Positions 18,693-28,507 of a stretch of DNA of 64,000 bases are shown here, in pieces. The position numbers and the translations under genes are program-made. Every line of letters begins with the position of its first letter. Position 1 is the stretch's first letter. Below the pieces are notes generated by a model. The model worked only from the letters and a program-made list of their open reading frames with translations, searched no databases and had not been told where the DNA came from. This DNA is from an uncultured Gemmatimonadales bacterium (lineage in GTDB: Bacteria > Gemmatimonadota > Gemmatimonadetes > Gemmatimonadales > GWC2-71-9): NCBI GenBank assembly GCA_963841505.1, contig CAWJCZ010000008.1, forward strand, positions 519,175 to 583,174, in the 5' to 3' direction.

Positions 18693-19520
18693 TCACGCCA
18701 GGGCGCGGGTCAGGGCGCGGCGGGTGAGGACCCGGGCCAGGTGGGCGCGATACTCCGCGGAGCCGCTCAGGTCCGTCATCGGCTCGATCCCGTCGGCGGC
18801 GTGTTCGGCAGCGTTCCCGATCGCTCTGACCGATCGCTCCCGGCCCAGAGCGGATTCGACCGCCGCGGCCCGATACGGCTTCGCCGCGACACCGGTGACG
18901 CCGACCCGAACCCGGTTTCCATCGATCACAACCGCGACACCGCAGAGCGCGAATCCGCTGGCTTTCTGGGCGAGCTTCTCGTAGCCGACCGTTCTTGCCG
19001 TCCTGGGGACCCGGATGGCGGAGAGGATCTCACCGGGCTGGATCGCGGTCTGGAACAGGTCCACGAAGAAATCTCGGGCCGGAACCGATCGGCGCCCACT
19101 CTTCCCGGTGACCTCGAGCTCTGCCTCGAGGGCGAGCATCGCCGCGGGCCAATCGGCCGCGGGGTCGGCGTGGGCCAGGCTTCCCCCGATGGTTCCCCGA
19201 TTCCGGACCTGCACGTCGCCGATCTGCACCGCTACCTGGTGGAGGAGCGGACACGCTCGCGCCAGCAAGTCATTCGATTCAATATCGTAGTGGGTCGCCA
19301 TCGCGCCGATCGCGATACGATCGCCATCGGCACGAATCGCGCGGAGCTCTGCGATGCGACCGATGTCCACCAGCGCATTCGGCTGGGAAAGACCGAGCTT
19401 CATGGCGGGAAGGAGGCTGTGCCCGCCTGCCAGTACCCGGGCCTCCTTGAGCTCGACGAGAAGCCCGGTCGCTTCGTCGAGGGTTCCCGGCCGGTGATAC
19501 GCGAATTCAGCGGGGATCAT
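18693..19520 (-). CDS. Molybdenum hydroxylase FAD-binding (medium, CoxM-like) subunit
   Basis: Start is MIPAEFAYHRP (ATG 19520, ATGA overlap with the large subunit). It shows FAD_binding_5 motifs: LAGGHSLLPAMKL, RNRGTIGGSLAHADP. Confidence 0.88.
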   Translation of the reverse strand: MIPAEFAYHRPGTLDEATGLLVELKEARVLAGGHSLLPAMKLGLSQPNALVDIGRIAELRAIRADGDRIAIGAMATHYDIESNDLLARACPLLHQVAVQIGDVQVRNRGTIGGSLAHADPAADWPAAMLALEAELEVTGKSGRRSVPARDFFVDLFQTAIQPGEILSAIRVPRTARTVGYEKLAQKASGFALCGVAVVIDGNRVRVGVTGVAAKPYRAAAVESALGRERSVRAIGNAAEHAADGIEPMTDLSGSAEYRAHLARVLTRRALTRALA

Positions 19521-21922
19521 CGGCGCACCTTCTTTCGCGCGGCCGGTTTGGGGGTGGCGGGCTTGCGGGCCGGCGGAGCCGGCTCGGTCACCAGGGGCCG
19601 CGGTGCCGCGGCGGGGTCGCTGATCGCCCGCCACACCTTCTCTGGAGTGAACGGCATGTCGAGGTGCCGGACCCCGAGCGGCGCCAGCGCATCGATCACC
19701 GCGTTCGCGATGGCCGGCGTGGACCCGATGGTTCCGGCCTCGCCCACCCCTTTGACCCCCAGCGGGTTGGCGGGCGTCGGGGTGATGGTGCTGCCCAGCA
19801 CATACTCCGGGATGTCGGTGGTCCTCGGCATGGCGTAGTCCATGAATTCGCCGGTGAGCAGCTGGCCATTGTCGTCATAGACCGTCTGCTCGAACAGCGC
19901 CTGTCCGATCGAATGGGCAATCCCTCCCTGCACCTGGCCTTCGATGAGCAGGGGGTTCACCTGGTTCCCGCAATCGTCCACCGCGATGTACTTGACGATG
20001 CGGACCTCTCCGGTGTCGCGGTCGATCTCGACCACGGCGATGTGGGTGCCGAACGGAAACGTGGCGCTGGGTGGCTCGAAGAAGCTGGAGGCCTCGAGGC
20101 CCGGCTCGAAATTGGGCGGAAGGTTCTTGGCGATGTACGCTTCGCCCGCGAGCTGACCCCAGCCCAGCGCCTGCCGGCGCTTGCCCTTGACGAAGAACTG
20201 TCCCGCGTCGAACTGGACGTCCCTGGGTTTTGCTTTGAGGAGCGCCGCAGCCAGGATCCTGGCCTTGGCGACGATCTTGTCGATGCACATCACGATCGCG
20301 CTTCCGCCCAGCGCGGTGGCGCGGCTTCCGTAGGTGTCGCGCCCGTAGTGCGCAATCGCGGTGTCGCCACGATACACTACGATGTCTTCGATCGGGACAC
20401 CCAGCCGGTCGGCGGCGATCTGGGCGAAGCTGGTCTCCTGGCCCTGCCCGTGCGGGGTGGCGCCGGTGATCACCGTCACCTTGCCGGAGATCTCCATCCG
20501 GACGCAGCCCCACTCCCAGCCGCCCGCCGACATCGTCTTGGACGGGCCTAACGCGCAGATTTCCACGTAGGTCGAGACCCCGATCCCGTAGAGCCGGCCG
20601 GCCCGCCGGGCCGCTTCGCGTTCGCGCACCAGCGCGTCCCACCGGCCCAGCTCCAGCGCCTTCTTGAGCGCCGCCTGGTAGTTCCCGGTGTCATAGGTCG
20701 CCCCCGTCGCCGTGGTGAAGGGGAATTCGCTCGGCTTGGGAAAATTCTTCCGGCGGACCTCCAGAGGGTCGAGGCCCAGCTCGGTCGCAATGATGCTCAT
20801 GAGGCGTTCGATCGCGTAGGCCGCCTCGGGGCGGCCCGCGCCGCGGTACGCGTCGGTCGCCATCTTGTGGGTGTGGACCGCCGTCACGTCCATCTGCACC
20901 GCGCGGAGCTTGTAGCACCCGCAGATCATCAGGGTGGTCAGCCCGGGGATCGCGGGGGTCAGGAGCTGGTTGTAGGCGCCCAGGTCGGCCAGGGTGTGGC
21001 CCTTGAGCGCGAGCACCGTCCCGTCCCGCTTCACCGCCACTTCATAGTCGCCGATCTGATCGCGACCGTGGATCGTGACCGCGGCATTCTCGCTCCGGGT
21101 CTCGATCCATTTGACCGGCGCGTTGAGCCGGATGGCGAGGTGGCTCACCAGGATTTCTTCAGGATAGAGATTCAGCTTGGATCCGAACCCGCCGCCGACC
21201 TCGGGCGCCACGATGCGGAGCTTGTTCTCGGGAACGTTCACCAGGGCGGGCAGCAGGGTACGCACCAGGTGCGGCACCTGGGTCGAGGTCCACAGGGTGA
21301 GCGACTCTTCGCCCGGGTGCCACGACGCGACGCACCCCCGGGGCTCCATGGCCATGGGGGTGAGGCGCTGATGGCGCATGCGGACCTTGATGATCCGGTC
21401 TGCCCGGGCGAACTCGGCCGCCACGTCGCCGTTCACCATGGTGGACCGGAACGCGATGTTGGTGCCCAGGTCGGGATGGGTGAGGGGCGCGCCGAGGAGG
21501 GCCTGCTCCGGGTCCACCACCACGGGAAGCGGATCGTACTCCACGTCGATCAGGTCGAGGGCGGTGCGCGCGGCGGCGGGATTGCTGGCCACCACTACCG
21601 CGACCGGATGGCCCACGAAGTACACCCGGTCACCGGCCAGCACGGTGTGGGTGGGCGAGGTCTGGCCTGGCTGGGGTGCGGCGCAGGGGACCGCGCCGAC
21701 CTGGCCGGTGAGGTCCGACCCGGTGAGCACCGCGACGACACCGGGATGGGCCCGGGCCTGGTCGGCGTGAATCGCCCTAACCCGCGCGTGCGCGTGGGGG
21801 CTCCGCAGGAAGGCGGCGTGCAGCAGGCCGGGCAGGCGCAGGTCGTCGACATAGGTGGCGATGCCCTTGATCAGGCGGGGATCTTCCACCCGCTTGAGTG
21901 GGCGGCCCACGTAGCGGTTCAT
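19517..21922 (-). CDS. Molybdopterin-binding large subunit of the aldehyde oxidase/xanthine dehydrogenase family, form-II CoxL-like
   Basis: The real start is MNRYVGRPLKRVEDPRLIKG (ATG 21922) inside the 1842-aa track ORF. The active-site loop is AYRGAGR (form II, not the VAYRCSFR of true CO dehydrogenase). It has a Lys/Pro-rich C-terminal tail. Confidence 0.9.
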   Translation of the reverse strand: MNRYVGRPLKRVEDPRLIKGIATYVDDLRLPGLLHAAFLRSPHAHARVRAIHADQARAHPGVVAVLTGSDLTGQVGAVPCAAPQPGQTSPTHTVLAGDRVYFVGHPVAVVVASNPAAARTALDLIDVEYDPLPVVVDPEQALLGAPLTHPDLGTNIAFRSTMVNGDVAAEFARADRIIKVRMRHQRLTPMAMEPRGCVASWHPGEESLTLWTSTQVPHLVRTLLPALVNVPENKLRIVAPEVGGGFGSKLNLYPEEILVSHLAIRLNAPVKWIETRSENAAVTIHGRDQIGDYEVAVKRDGTVLALKGHTLADLGAYNQLLTPAIPGLTTLMICGCYKLRAVQMDVTAVHTHKMATDAYRGAGRPEAAYAIERLMSIIATELGLDPLEVRRKNFPKPSEFPFTTATGATYDTGNYQAALKKALELGRWDALVREREAARRAGRLYGIGVSTYVEICALGPSKTMSAGGWEWGCVRMEISGKVTVITGATPHGQGQETSFAQIAADRLGVPIEDIVVYRGDTAIAHYGRDTYGSRATALGGSAIVMCIDKIVAKARILAAALLKAKPRDVQFDAGQFFVKGKRRQALGWGQLAGEAYIAKNLPPNFEPGLEASSFFEPPSATFPFGTHIAVVEIDRDTGEVRIVKYIAVDDCGNQVNPLLIEGQVQGGIAHSIGQALFEQTVYDDNGQLLTGEFMDYAMPRTTDIPEYVLGSTITPTPANPLGVKGVGEAGTIGSTPAIANAVIDALAPLGVRHLDMPFTPEKVWRAISDPAAAPRPLVTEPAPPARKPATPKPAARKKVRR

Positions 21923-22398
21923 CGGGCACCTTTCCCGCCGGCCTTCGCGGCGTGCTCGATGGCGTCGATGATGTGGGAGTAGCCGGTGCAGCGGCACAGG
22001 TTGCCTTCCAGGCCGTCGCGAATCTGGTCCCGGCTCGGGTGGGGATTCCGCTCGAGGAGCTGGACCCCGGCAAGGATCATCCCCGGGGTGCAGTACCCGC
22101 ATTGCAGCCCGTGACATTCCCAGAAGCCCTGCTGGACGGGATGGAGGGTTCCGTTCCGGGCCAGACCCTCGATGGTGCGCACCTCGCTTCCATCGGCCTG
22201 GACCGCGAGCACGGTGCAGGATTTCACCGCGTTGCCGTCGAGCAGCACCGTGCAGGCGCCGCACACCGACGTCTCGCACCCGATGTGGGTCCCGGTGAGG
22301 CCGCAGGAGTCGCGGAGGAAATGGGCGAGCAGCAGTCTGGGTTCGACCTCCTGCTCCTGCATGGCGCCGTTGATCCGGATCCGGACGGGTGTTTTCAT
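21919..22398 (-). CDS. [2Fe-2S]-binding small subunit (CoxS-like)
   Basis: Start is MKTPVRIRINGA (ATG 22398). The Cys clusters are CETSVCGACTV and CGYCTPG...CRCTGY. An ATGA overlap joins it to the large subunit. Confidence 0.9.
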   Translation of the reverse strand: MKTPVRIRINGAMQEQEVEPRLLLAHFLRDSCGLTGTHIGCETSVCGACTVLLDGNAVKSCTVLAVQADGSEVRTIEGLARNGTLHPVQQGFWECHGLQCGYCTPGMILAGVQLLERNPHPSRDQIRDGLEGNLCRCTGYSHIIDAIEHAAKAGGKGAR

Positions 22399-22510
22399 GC
22401 GGAGTGTTCTCCCTGCTTCGAGCCGTGTTGTCGTCCGTGCAGAAGATACCTCTCGATCCCGCGGCATGCTGGATGTTGCCGCGGGCTCTCCGTCTGCGCA
22501 GACTTCCGGG

Positions 22511-24124
22511 ATGGGGAGACTCTGTTCTGCCGTCCTGATTCTGCTGGCGACCTCGCTTCCCCCTGCGGTCGAACAACGCACCATGGGGACCGGGCCGCCG
22601 GCACGCCTCATCGTGAGCTTCGACGGTCTGGGTTCCGGCTTTGAAGGCCCCCAGGGAACCGCCACCTTCCGTAACCCGTCCGACAATACCATCGCGGTCG
22701 GACCCGACCGGGTGTTTCAGATCGTGAATACCAGGATGGCGATCTTCACCCGGACTGGGAGACCGCTCTATGGGCCGGTCCCCACCAATACGCTGTTCCG
22801 GGGATTCGGCGGTGCATGCGCGACCTGGAACAACGGTGATGCGGTGGTCCGCTACGATCAGCTCGCCGACCGGTGGCTGGTGGTGATGCCGGTGTTCCGG
22901 CGCGGCGAGCCGCGACCCGACGTTGCTCCCGCCGGAAGCACGGGCAGTCCGCCGGCGCTGAGCACCGCGGGAAACCCGGATCAGCCCGGCCTGCCGGTCC
23001 CGCTTTTCGTGCCGGACTCGGGCGGGCCGGCCCCCGCTCCCGCTCGGGCAAGTACGCCGCCGCCGACCGGCCCCTACTCGATGTGTTACGCCGTGAGTGA
23101 GACCAGCGATCCGATGGGGCGATGGTATCGATACGAGTTTCTCCGGCCGCTCTTTCCCGACTATCCCCGGCCCGCGGTCTGGCCCGACGGTTACTACGTC
23201 CCCACCAGCACCAGCGACGATCGCATCTCCCCCACGGTCGCGACCCAGAAGCACGCCTGCGTGGCGGAACGGGCCCGCATGCTGGCCGGACAACCCGCTC
23301 GGGAAATCTGTCTGATCATCGAGAATGTGAACTTCCTGAACAACGCCGATCTGGACGGCAAGGCCCTCCCGCCCCGTGGGGCAGCTAACCCGATGATGGC
23401 CGCCGGCGGGCGGCAGCTCGACAGTCTTCTCGCGGATAGCGTGATCAATGTGTGGCAGTTTCGGGTGGACTGGGCCGACCCGGCGAACACGGCGATCACC
23501 GGTCCCACCGCGATTGCCGTCGCACCGTACCACTACCTCTGCGGCGGCCAGCTCACCAAGTGCGTGCCGCAGCGCGGGACGGAACAACGTCTCGATGCCC
23601 AGGGCGACAAGCTGATGGCGCGGCTGGTCTATCGCCGGATCGGAAACCGCGAATCCATCCTTGCCACGCACTCGATCAACACCTCGAGCGGTGGGGGCGG
23701 CGTGCGCTGGTACGAATTCCGGATCGGCAGAAATCGCCAGGTGTCCCTCTATCAGGAGGGGACGTTCCTCTCGGACGGCGACTTCCGGTGGATGGCGAGC
23801 GGTGCCATCGATCGGTTCGGCAATATCGGCTTCGGGTATTCCTTCGGCGCGGCCGTGCAGTTTCCGGGGCAGCGATTCTCGGGACGCCGCCCCGGTGATC
23901 CACCGGGACAGCTGACCCTCGCGGAAACCGTTCTCGCCGAAGGCGAAGCGGCACAGGTCGGGACTCCGCCCGAATGGCGTAACCTGCGCTGGCAGGACTA
24001 CACCCAGACCGCGGTCGATCCGAACGACGATTGTACCATCTGGTACGTCGGCGATTATCTCAAGCAGGGAGCAACCTCCTACTCGAGCCGGATCGGCGCG
24101 TTCCGGATGCCGGGGTGCCGTTGA
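22511..24124 (+). CDS. Hypothetical secreted protein
   Basis: This is the coding-like part of track ORF 22172..24124. It has a signal-like N-terminus, MGRLCSAVLILLATSLPPAV (an alternative start is ATG 22466). I recognised no domain. Confidence 0.55.
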   Translation: MGRLCSAVLILLATSLPPAVEQRTMGTGPPARLIVSFDGLGSGFEGPQGTATFRNPSDNTIAVGPDRVFQIVNTRMAIFTRTGRPLYGPVPTNTLFRGFGGACATWNNGDAVVRYDQLADRWLVVMPVFRRGEPRPDVAPAGSTGSPPALSTAGNPDQPGLPVPLFVPDSGGPAPAPARASTPPPTGPYSMCYAVSETSDPMGRWYRYEFLRPLFPDYPRPAVWPDGYYVPTSTSDDRISPTVATQKHACVAERARMLAGQPAREICLIIENVNFLNNADLDGKALPPRGAANPMMAAGGRQLDSLLADSVINVWQFRVDWADPANTAITGPTAIAVAPYHYLCGGQLTKCVPQRGTEQRLDAQGDKLMARLVYRRIGNRESILATHSINTSSGGGGVRWYEFRIGRNRQVSLYQEGTFLSDGDFRWMASGAIDRFGNIGFGYSFGAAVQFPGQRFSGRRPGDPPGQLTLAETVLAEGEAAQVGTPPEWRNLRWQDYTQTAVDPNDDCTIWYVGDYLKQGATSYSSRIGAFRMPGCR

Positions 24125-24169
24125 GCTGACCTCTCGAAGTATGTTGCGACCACATCCACTGAGGACGGA

Positions 24170-25246
24170 GTGCCGGTGGGATTCCTGGATCTGATTTTTC
24201 TGGAGAACAGCGTTCGCGCCTGGGCAATCGCCGGCGGCGTGGCGGTCGGTATCTATCTGATCCTCACCGTGGTGCTCGCGGTCGTCCGGAACCGGCTGAG
24301 CAAACTCGCGGCACGCACCAGGACCCAGTGGGACGACATCGTTGTCGGCGCCCTCGGCAGGACCAAGAGCCTCTTCCTCCTGGTCCTCGCGATTGCCGCG
24401 GGGTCGTCGTTGCTCGACCTGCCGGGCCGGGTCCGCGCCGCGATCGAAGCGGTTACGGTGCTCTCCCTGGTCTTTCAAGGCGGCATCTGGGTCTCCGCCG
24501 CATTCACCACCTGGCTCTCGGCCTACACCCAGCGGGAGATGGAGACCGACCGGCGCGCCGCCACGACCTTGAGCGCCCTTGGCTTCGTGGTCAAGCTGGT
24601 GCTCTGGTCGATCATCGTGCTGCTGGCGCTGGACAACCTGGGCGTCAACATCTCCGCGCTGGTTGCCGGATTGGGGATTGGTGGAGTCGCGGTGGCGCTC
24701 GCGACCCAGAACATCCTGGGAGACTTGTTCGCGTCGCTCTCCATTCTGGTGGACAAGCCGTTCGTCCTCGGCGACTTCATCATCGTGGACGACAAGCTCG
24801 GATCGGTGGAGAAGATCGGACTCAAGACCACCCGGGTCCGAAGCCTGTGGGGGGAGCAGGTCGTGTTCTCCAACAACGACCTCCTCAAGAGCCGGCTTCG
24901 CAACATGGGCCGGATGCTGGAGCGGCGGGTGCAGTTCAGCCTGGGGGTGATCTATCAGACGCCCCGGGCCAAGCTCCAGCGCATTCCCGGGATCATCCGC
25001 GACGCGATCCAGGCCCAGCAGAAGATCCGGTTCGACCGGGCCCATCTCAAGGAATTCGGCGACTTCGCCATCAGCTTCGAAGTCGTCTTCTTCGTCCTGT
25101 CACCGGATTACAACACGTATATGGATATCCAGCAGGCGATCTACTTGAGGATTCACGAGGTCTTCGAGACCGAAGGGATCGAGTTTGCCTATCCTACTCA
25201 GACCCTTTTTCTCTCCCGCTCCCGGGAAAGCGGCGAAGCCCCCTGA
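24170..25246 (+). CDS. Mechanosensitive ion channel, MscS family
   Basis: 358-aa ORF with GAGGA upstream of the GTG start and several TM helices. The MscS core reads LGIGGVAVALATQNILGDLFASLSILVDKPFVLGDFI...G.VEKIGLKTTRVRS. Confidence 0.88.
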   Translation: MPVGFLDLIFLENSVRAWAIAGGVAVGIYLILTVVLAVVRNRLSKLAARTRTQWDDIVVGALGRTKSLFLLVLAIAAGSSLLDLPGRVRAAIEAVTVLSLVFQGGIWVSAAFTTWLSAYTQREMETDRRAATTLSALGFVVKLVLWSIIVLLALDNLGVNISALVAGLGIGGVAVALATQNILGDLFASLSILVDKPFVLGDFIIVDDKLGSVEKIGLKTTRVRSLWGEQVVFSNNDLLKSRLRNMGRMLERRVQFSLGVIYQTPRAKLQRIPGIIRDAIQAQQKIRFDRAHLKEFGDFAISFEVVFFVLSPDYNTYMDIQQAIYLRIHEVFETEGIEFAYPTQTLFLSRSRESGEAP

Positions 25247-26705
25247 ACTTGTAGACCCGATCGGCCAGACTTCCCTTCCGGATCTTGACCCCGGTGCGGC
25301 CGGCCTCCTCGATCGTCACATCCAGGGTCACCTCGAGTCCGGCGGACTTGGAGAGGCCGAGCTTCTGGCTGGCGTACACGCTGCGGTGCCCGACCATGAG
25401 GAACGCGGTGACCGCGGCGAGTGCGGCGTACACCCCTTCTCCGCGGGGGAGAACCTCGATCGCCATCACGGCGGCCGCGACCGGGGTATTCGCCGCCGCG
25501 GCGAGGACCGCCACGAACCCATAGGCGGCGAAGAGCACCGGGGGAAGCCCGAACAGACTGCCTAACGCGGCGCCACTGGTGGCGCCCACGAAGAAAATCG
25601 GGGTGACGACTCCGCCACTCCCCCCGGTCTCCAGGGTGATCGACGTCGACAGGATCTTGAAGAGAAACGCGGCCCACACCACCGTCACGCTCCCGGTGAG
25701 CACGCCGGCGAGCGTGTCGGTGCCCAGCCCGGCATAGATGTCGCCCGCGAGCAGATAGAGGGCGACCAGCGCGAGACCGCCCCCTGCGGCCAGCAGATAG
25801 GGGTGGCGCTCGAAACGGCGGAGGGCGTGCTCGAATCCCCGCATGGTTTCGATGAAGAGCAACGCCACCAGACCGAAGATCGCTCCGGCCACCAGTGAGA
25901 TCGCCACAGACGAAGTGGAACCCAAGCCGAGCAGGGTCTGCTCCACGCCGGGGAAGGGCGCCTGGACGCCGCAGACCAGGTGCCCCACGATCCCCGCCAC
26001 CATCGCCGGAAAGATCACGGTGTAATCGAGCCGGCCCAGATAGAGGACTTCGATCCCGAAGAGCGCCCCGGAAATCGGCGTCCCGAACACTGCAGCGAAT
26101 CCGGCGCTGATGCCGCAGATCACCAGACGGCGGCGGTCGTCGTCACTGAGCCGCATGATGTCAGCGAAGAGGCTGGTGAGCGCGGCACCGATCTGGGCGG
26201 CAGGGCCCTCTTTGCCGACCGACCCACCAAAGGCCAGCGTCACCACCGTGGCGCCGAGCTTGACGGGTGCGACCATCCAGTCCATCCGGCCGGAGCGCTG
26301 ATGTATCGCCGTGATCACCGCCTCGGTGCCGTGGCCGCGGGCGTCCGGCGCGAACGACCGGATCAGCCAGACGCAGAGGGGCAGGGCGATAGGAAGGAAG
26401 ATGAATGCCGGGGCGAGACCGTGGAGCAGTGAGCTGACCAGATCGCTCGATGCGGTCAGCGACCAGAGAAAACCGCGGGTCCCGAACCCGACGCACACTC
26501 CGGAGGCCGCGCCGAGGAGCGACCACTTGATGGTGCTGATGAGCAGGGCGGTATGCTCGGTGTACCAGCGCTTCTCGTCGGCCAGTCGCGGTGGGCGCGC
26601 CAGCGCCTCCTCCCAGCGGAGGGTCTGAATCAGCCGGCGAACTTTCGAGGCGAAGGTTCCGGGACGGGATGGCGGCGTGTCAGGTGGGCCGGTTTCGGCG
26701 GTCAC
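25194..26705 (-). CDS. ClC-family chloride channel/H+-Cl- antiporter
   Basis: 503-aa ORF with ClC selectivity motifs GSVGKEGP and GTPISGALFGIE and many TM helices. Its 3' end overlaps the MscS 3' end by 53 nt (convergent). Confidence 0.88.
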   Translation of the reverse strand: MTAETGPPDTPPSRPGTFASKVRRLIQTLRWEEALARPPRLADEKRWYTEHTALLISTIKWSLLGAASGVCVGFGTRGFLWSLTASSDLVSSLLHGLAPAFIFLPIALPLCVWLIRSFAPDARGHGTEAVITAIHQRSGRMDWMVAPVKLGATVVTLAFGGSVGKEGPAAQIGAALTSLFADIMRLSDDDRRRLVICGISAGFAAVFGTPISGALFGIEVLYLGRLDYTVIFPAMVAGIVGHLVCGVQAPFPGVEQTLLGLGSTSSVAISLVAGAIFGLVALLFIETMRGFEHALRRFERHPYLLAAGGGLALVALYLLAGDIYAGLGTDTLAGVLTGSVTVVWAAFLFKILSTSITLETGGSGGVVTPIFFVGATSGAALGSLFGLPPVLFAAYGFVAVLAAAANTPVAAAVMAIEVLPRGEGVYAALAAVTAFLMVGHRSVYASQKLGLSKSAGLEVTLDVTIEEAGRTGVKIRKGSLADRVYKFRGLRRFPGSGREKGSE

Positions 26706-26749
26706 TTCCCAATGTACCTAGTTTGGCTGCGAGATTCGACCGCTGCGGT

Positions 26750-27177
26750 TCAGCGCCCCGGATCGGGCAAACCGCTGGCATCCCCGTCGAATTCCTTCCG
26801 GGTCACGGACTGCTCGGTGCCGACCCGACCGACCGCGATCTCCGCGCGGGCGTAACTCTCCGGCTTGACCGCGGCGCCCGCCGCGCCCCGGAGCATCGCG
26901 AGCTGCCCGATATGGGTCAGCGCGTCGGCGATCGGGCCCTGGAACAGGATCTCGGCCGGGTAACCGAGCGGTGCGGGATCGGCGAGCCGCCGGTCGAGCA
27001 TGCCCAGGCGCTCCAGGTCATGAGATCGCCCAGGTGAGAGACGATCTGACCCGGCGTCCGCCTTCCGGCAAGCGAGAAATCAGCAAGATCCGCCGGGACA
27101 TCTCGCAGGACTTTCTCGGAGCGATAGGCCAGCGTGGCCACGGTGTGGCGCAACAGGGAGCGAGCAGGGTCGTTCAT
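26750..27177 (-). pseudogene. DinB-family protein, reading frame broken once near 27000
   Basis: The N-terminal part (MNDPARSLLRHTVATLAYRSEKVLRDVP...GQIVSHLGDLMTWSAWA) is in ORF 26917..27219. The C-terminal part (LDRRLADPAPLGYPAEILFQGPIADALTHIGQLAMLRG) is in ORF 26750..27001. A GGAGAA SD lies upstream of ATG 27177. Confidence 0.6.
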
Positions 27178-27349
27178 GCCGGATTCTCCAATCGCCGTCA
27201 TTGCATTACCCCGGATCACACCGATACCAGATCGTGACCCTGGTGTGATGGGTGTCCCCTAACTTTTCACCATGACATCTTCCAGCAGCAGGCTCCTCCG
27301 CAGCATTCTCGGCATTCAGGGCAGTGACGCAGGGCTGTGGCCCGCCACC

Positions 27350-28495
27350 TTACAGGATGCCGGCAACCCAGAAACCGAAGAAATTCCCCAGCGCGTTTCC
27401 CAGGGAGCCGATCAGCACCGCGGGCAGCACGAGGTCCTCGCGAGAGAGACTCCGTGCCAGTGCGAGAGCTGACGTCGCGCCACCCACATTGGCCTGGGAG
27501 GCGACCGCGGCCATGTCCACATCCAGTTTCATGAGCCTCGCCGCCGTGAAGGTGACGATCCCATGGACCAGGACGGCGATCCCCGCGAAGAGCAGAAGCA
27601 GGAGGCCGAGTCGCCCCAGACCCGCCATCGCGCCGAGGTCGCAGTAGGCCCCGATGACATTGAGGAACAGGTAGACCGCGAACATCCCGAGCACCCGGAC
27701 GCCGCGGAGTCGGGTCACGATCGGAAGCTGGGCGAGGGCCAGGGCCACGATCGTGAGCACCAGCATGAACGGGATGGTGACGCCGCGCGCGGCCAGCCAG
27801 TCGGCCCCCCAGCGGGAGCCGGCCACCGCGGCGAGTCCGAGCGCCAGCACGACACCGAGGTCCACCGGGTGCAAGGTTTCGGTGTCTTCGTCGATCCCGC
27901 TGATCACCTCACCCCGGGGTGGGGTTGCCGCCCCGGCCCGGCGGTAGAACCGGGCCAGGAGCCGCGGCAGCGCCAGCGTCGCCACGATCCAGATCGTCGT
28001 GATGATATTGTCGACCACGACGCTCCCCGCATAGAGAACCCCGTCCCGCACCACGCCGTACTGGAGCGCCACCGCGTTGAAGTTGACGCTGCCTCCGATG
28101 TAGGTGCCGGTGAACATTCCCCCTAATGCGGCGTACTGCGGCCCGAAGGCCCGCGGACCACCGACGACTGCCATGCCGGCCAGGATGCCGGCCATCGTTC
28201 CGAAAGAGCCGATCACGAACAGGATGACCAGGGGCAGGCCGGCGCGGAGCACGCTCCGGAGGTTCACCGTCAGGATGAGCCAGAAGATCGCGAGGGGGGC
28301 GACCTGGTCGAAGATCGCGTCATACACGGGGACCGGCCGTGCCGCGGTCGACCCCGCCGGAATGATGCCGAGGTTAGCGACGATCGCGGTGAGGATAATG
28401 CCGAGCAACGCGGTGCCCGCGTGGCGAAACCCGGGACGCCGGGCCAACCACTCGGCGAGCACCACGATGAGGCACAAGACGGCCAGGACGAACAC
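27350..28495 (-). CDS. DUF819-family integral membrane protein
   Basis: 381-aa ORF, polytopic. The blocks GMFTGTYIGGSVNFNAVA and QANVGGATSALALA are as I recall them for DUF819. Confidence 0.7.
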   Translation of the reverse strand: MFVLAVLCLIVVLAEWLARRPGFRHAGTALLGIILTAIVANLGIIPAGSTAARPVPVYDAIFDQVAPLAIFWLILTVNLRSVLRAGLPLVILFVIGSFGTMAGILAGMAVVGGPRAFGPQYAALGGMFTGTYIGGSVNFNAVALQYGVVRDGVLYAGSVVVDNIITTIWIVATLALPRLLARFYRRAGAATPPRGEVISGIDEDTETLHPVDLGVVLALGLAAVAGSRWGADWLAARGVTIPFMLVLTIVALALAQLPIVTRLRGVRVLGMFAVYLFLNVIGAYCDLGAMAGLGRLGLLLLLFAGIAVLVHGIVTFTAARLMKLDVDMAAVASQANVGGATSALALARSLSREDLVLPAVLIGSLGNALGNFFGFWVAGIL

Positions 28496-28507
28496 GAGAT
28501 GCCCCGG

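Noticed and set aside
19517-25045. N-terminal extensions of the giant track ORFs (1842 aa here, 1409 aa at 11074..15303, 1451 aa at 47048..51403, 704 aa at 28508..30622).
   Set aside because: Upstream portions overlap other well-supported genes and translate to nonsense. Internal starts with signal peptides or conserved N-termini were used instead.
25194-25246. 53-nt convergent overlap of the MscS and ClC 3' ends, considered as a possible antisense regulatory arrangement.
   Set aside because: Both C-terminal tails are poorly conserved regions, and the overlap may simply reflect late stop codons in GC-rich sequence. There is no structural feature to support regulation.
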